A DNA stretch of 63,426 nucleotides, counting the filler, from Octopus bimaculoides (lineage: Eukaryota): NCBI RefSeq assembly GCF_001194135.2. It is 7 parts of 6 records of this genome, joined end to end, with 100 filler letters (N's around TTAATTAATTAA, not from the genome) between each part and the next. Parts side by side here need not be neighbours in the genome. Positions count along the whole stretch, not along the records: positions 60,291 to 63,426 come from NC_068983.1; 6 more parts are not named here. One strand, given 5' to 3'. The position numbers were made by a program, and so were the translations under genes. This document shows, piece after piece, positions 63,373-63,426 of the stretch (position 1 is its first letter; each line of letters starts with the position of its first letter). The notes under the pieces were generated by a model. The model ran no database searches, was not told the origin of the DNA, and saw only the letters and a program-made list of their open reading frames with translations.

Positions 63373-63426
<54 letters not shown>

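Noticed and set aside
1-63426. CRISPR arrays, rRNA genes or prokaryotic operons
   Set aside because: No regularly spaced repeat-spacer arrays, no rRNA motifs and no gene-dense bacterial-like segment; the sequence is intron-containing animal DNA.

Overview
Eukaryotic, microsatellite- and retroelement-dense draft sequence. The SINE families and repeat landscape look like Octopus, probably O. bimaculoides; this is inference from recognition, not a database hit. The window is not one contiguous locus: six identical 100-bp spacers (N44-TTAATTAATTAA-N44) split it into seven segments. Host genes: the last three coding exons of a BTBD1/2 orthologue (PHR domain; 12411-12498, 13822-13968, 16873-17004, cut by a gap) and one first exon of a rhodopsin-class GPCR (31580-31744). 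Most of the rest is mobile DNA: two Penelope-like elements (RT + GIY-YIG), two RTE LINEs, three R4/Dong-type fragments, Tx1/L1 pieces, a CRE-type LINE whose ORF carries an in-frame PHD finger, a full-length mariner, hAT and piggyBac MITEs, and several tRNA-derived SINE families. The most striking unannotated signal is a set of minimal type I hammerhead-ribozyme motifs with palindromic stem III, in four distinct sequence families. One family is a tRNA-headed (Pol III) SINE-like element carrying a hammerhead. Two loci have hammerhead-bearing arms in divergent inverted pairs. Boundaries of decayed repeats are approximate (about 10-30 bp); exon, TIR, spacer and ribozyme coordinates were read directly.
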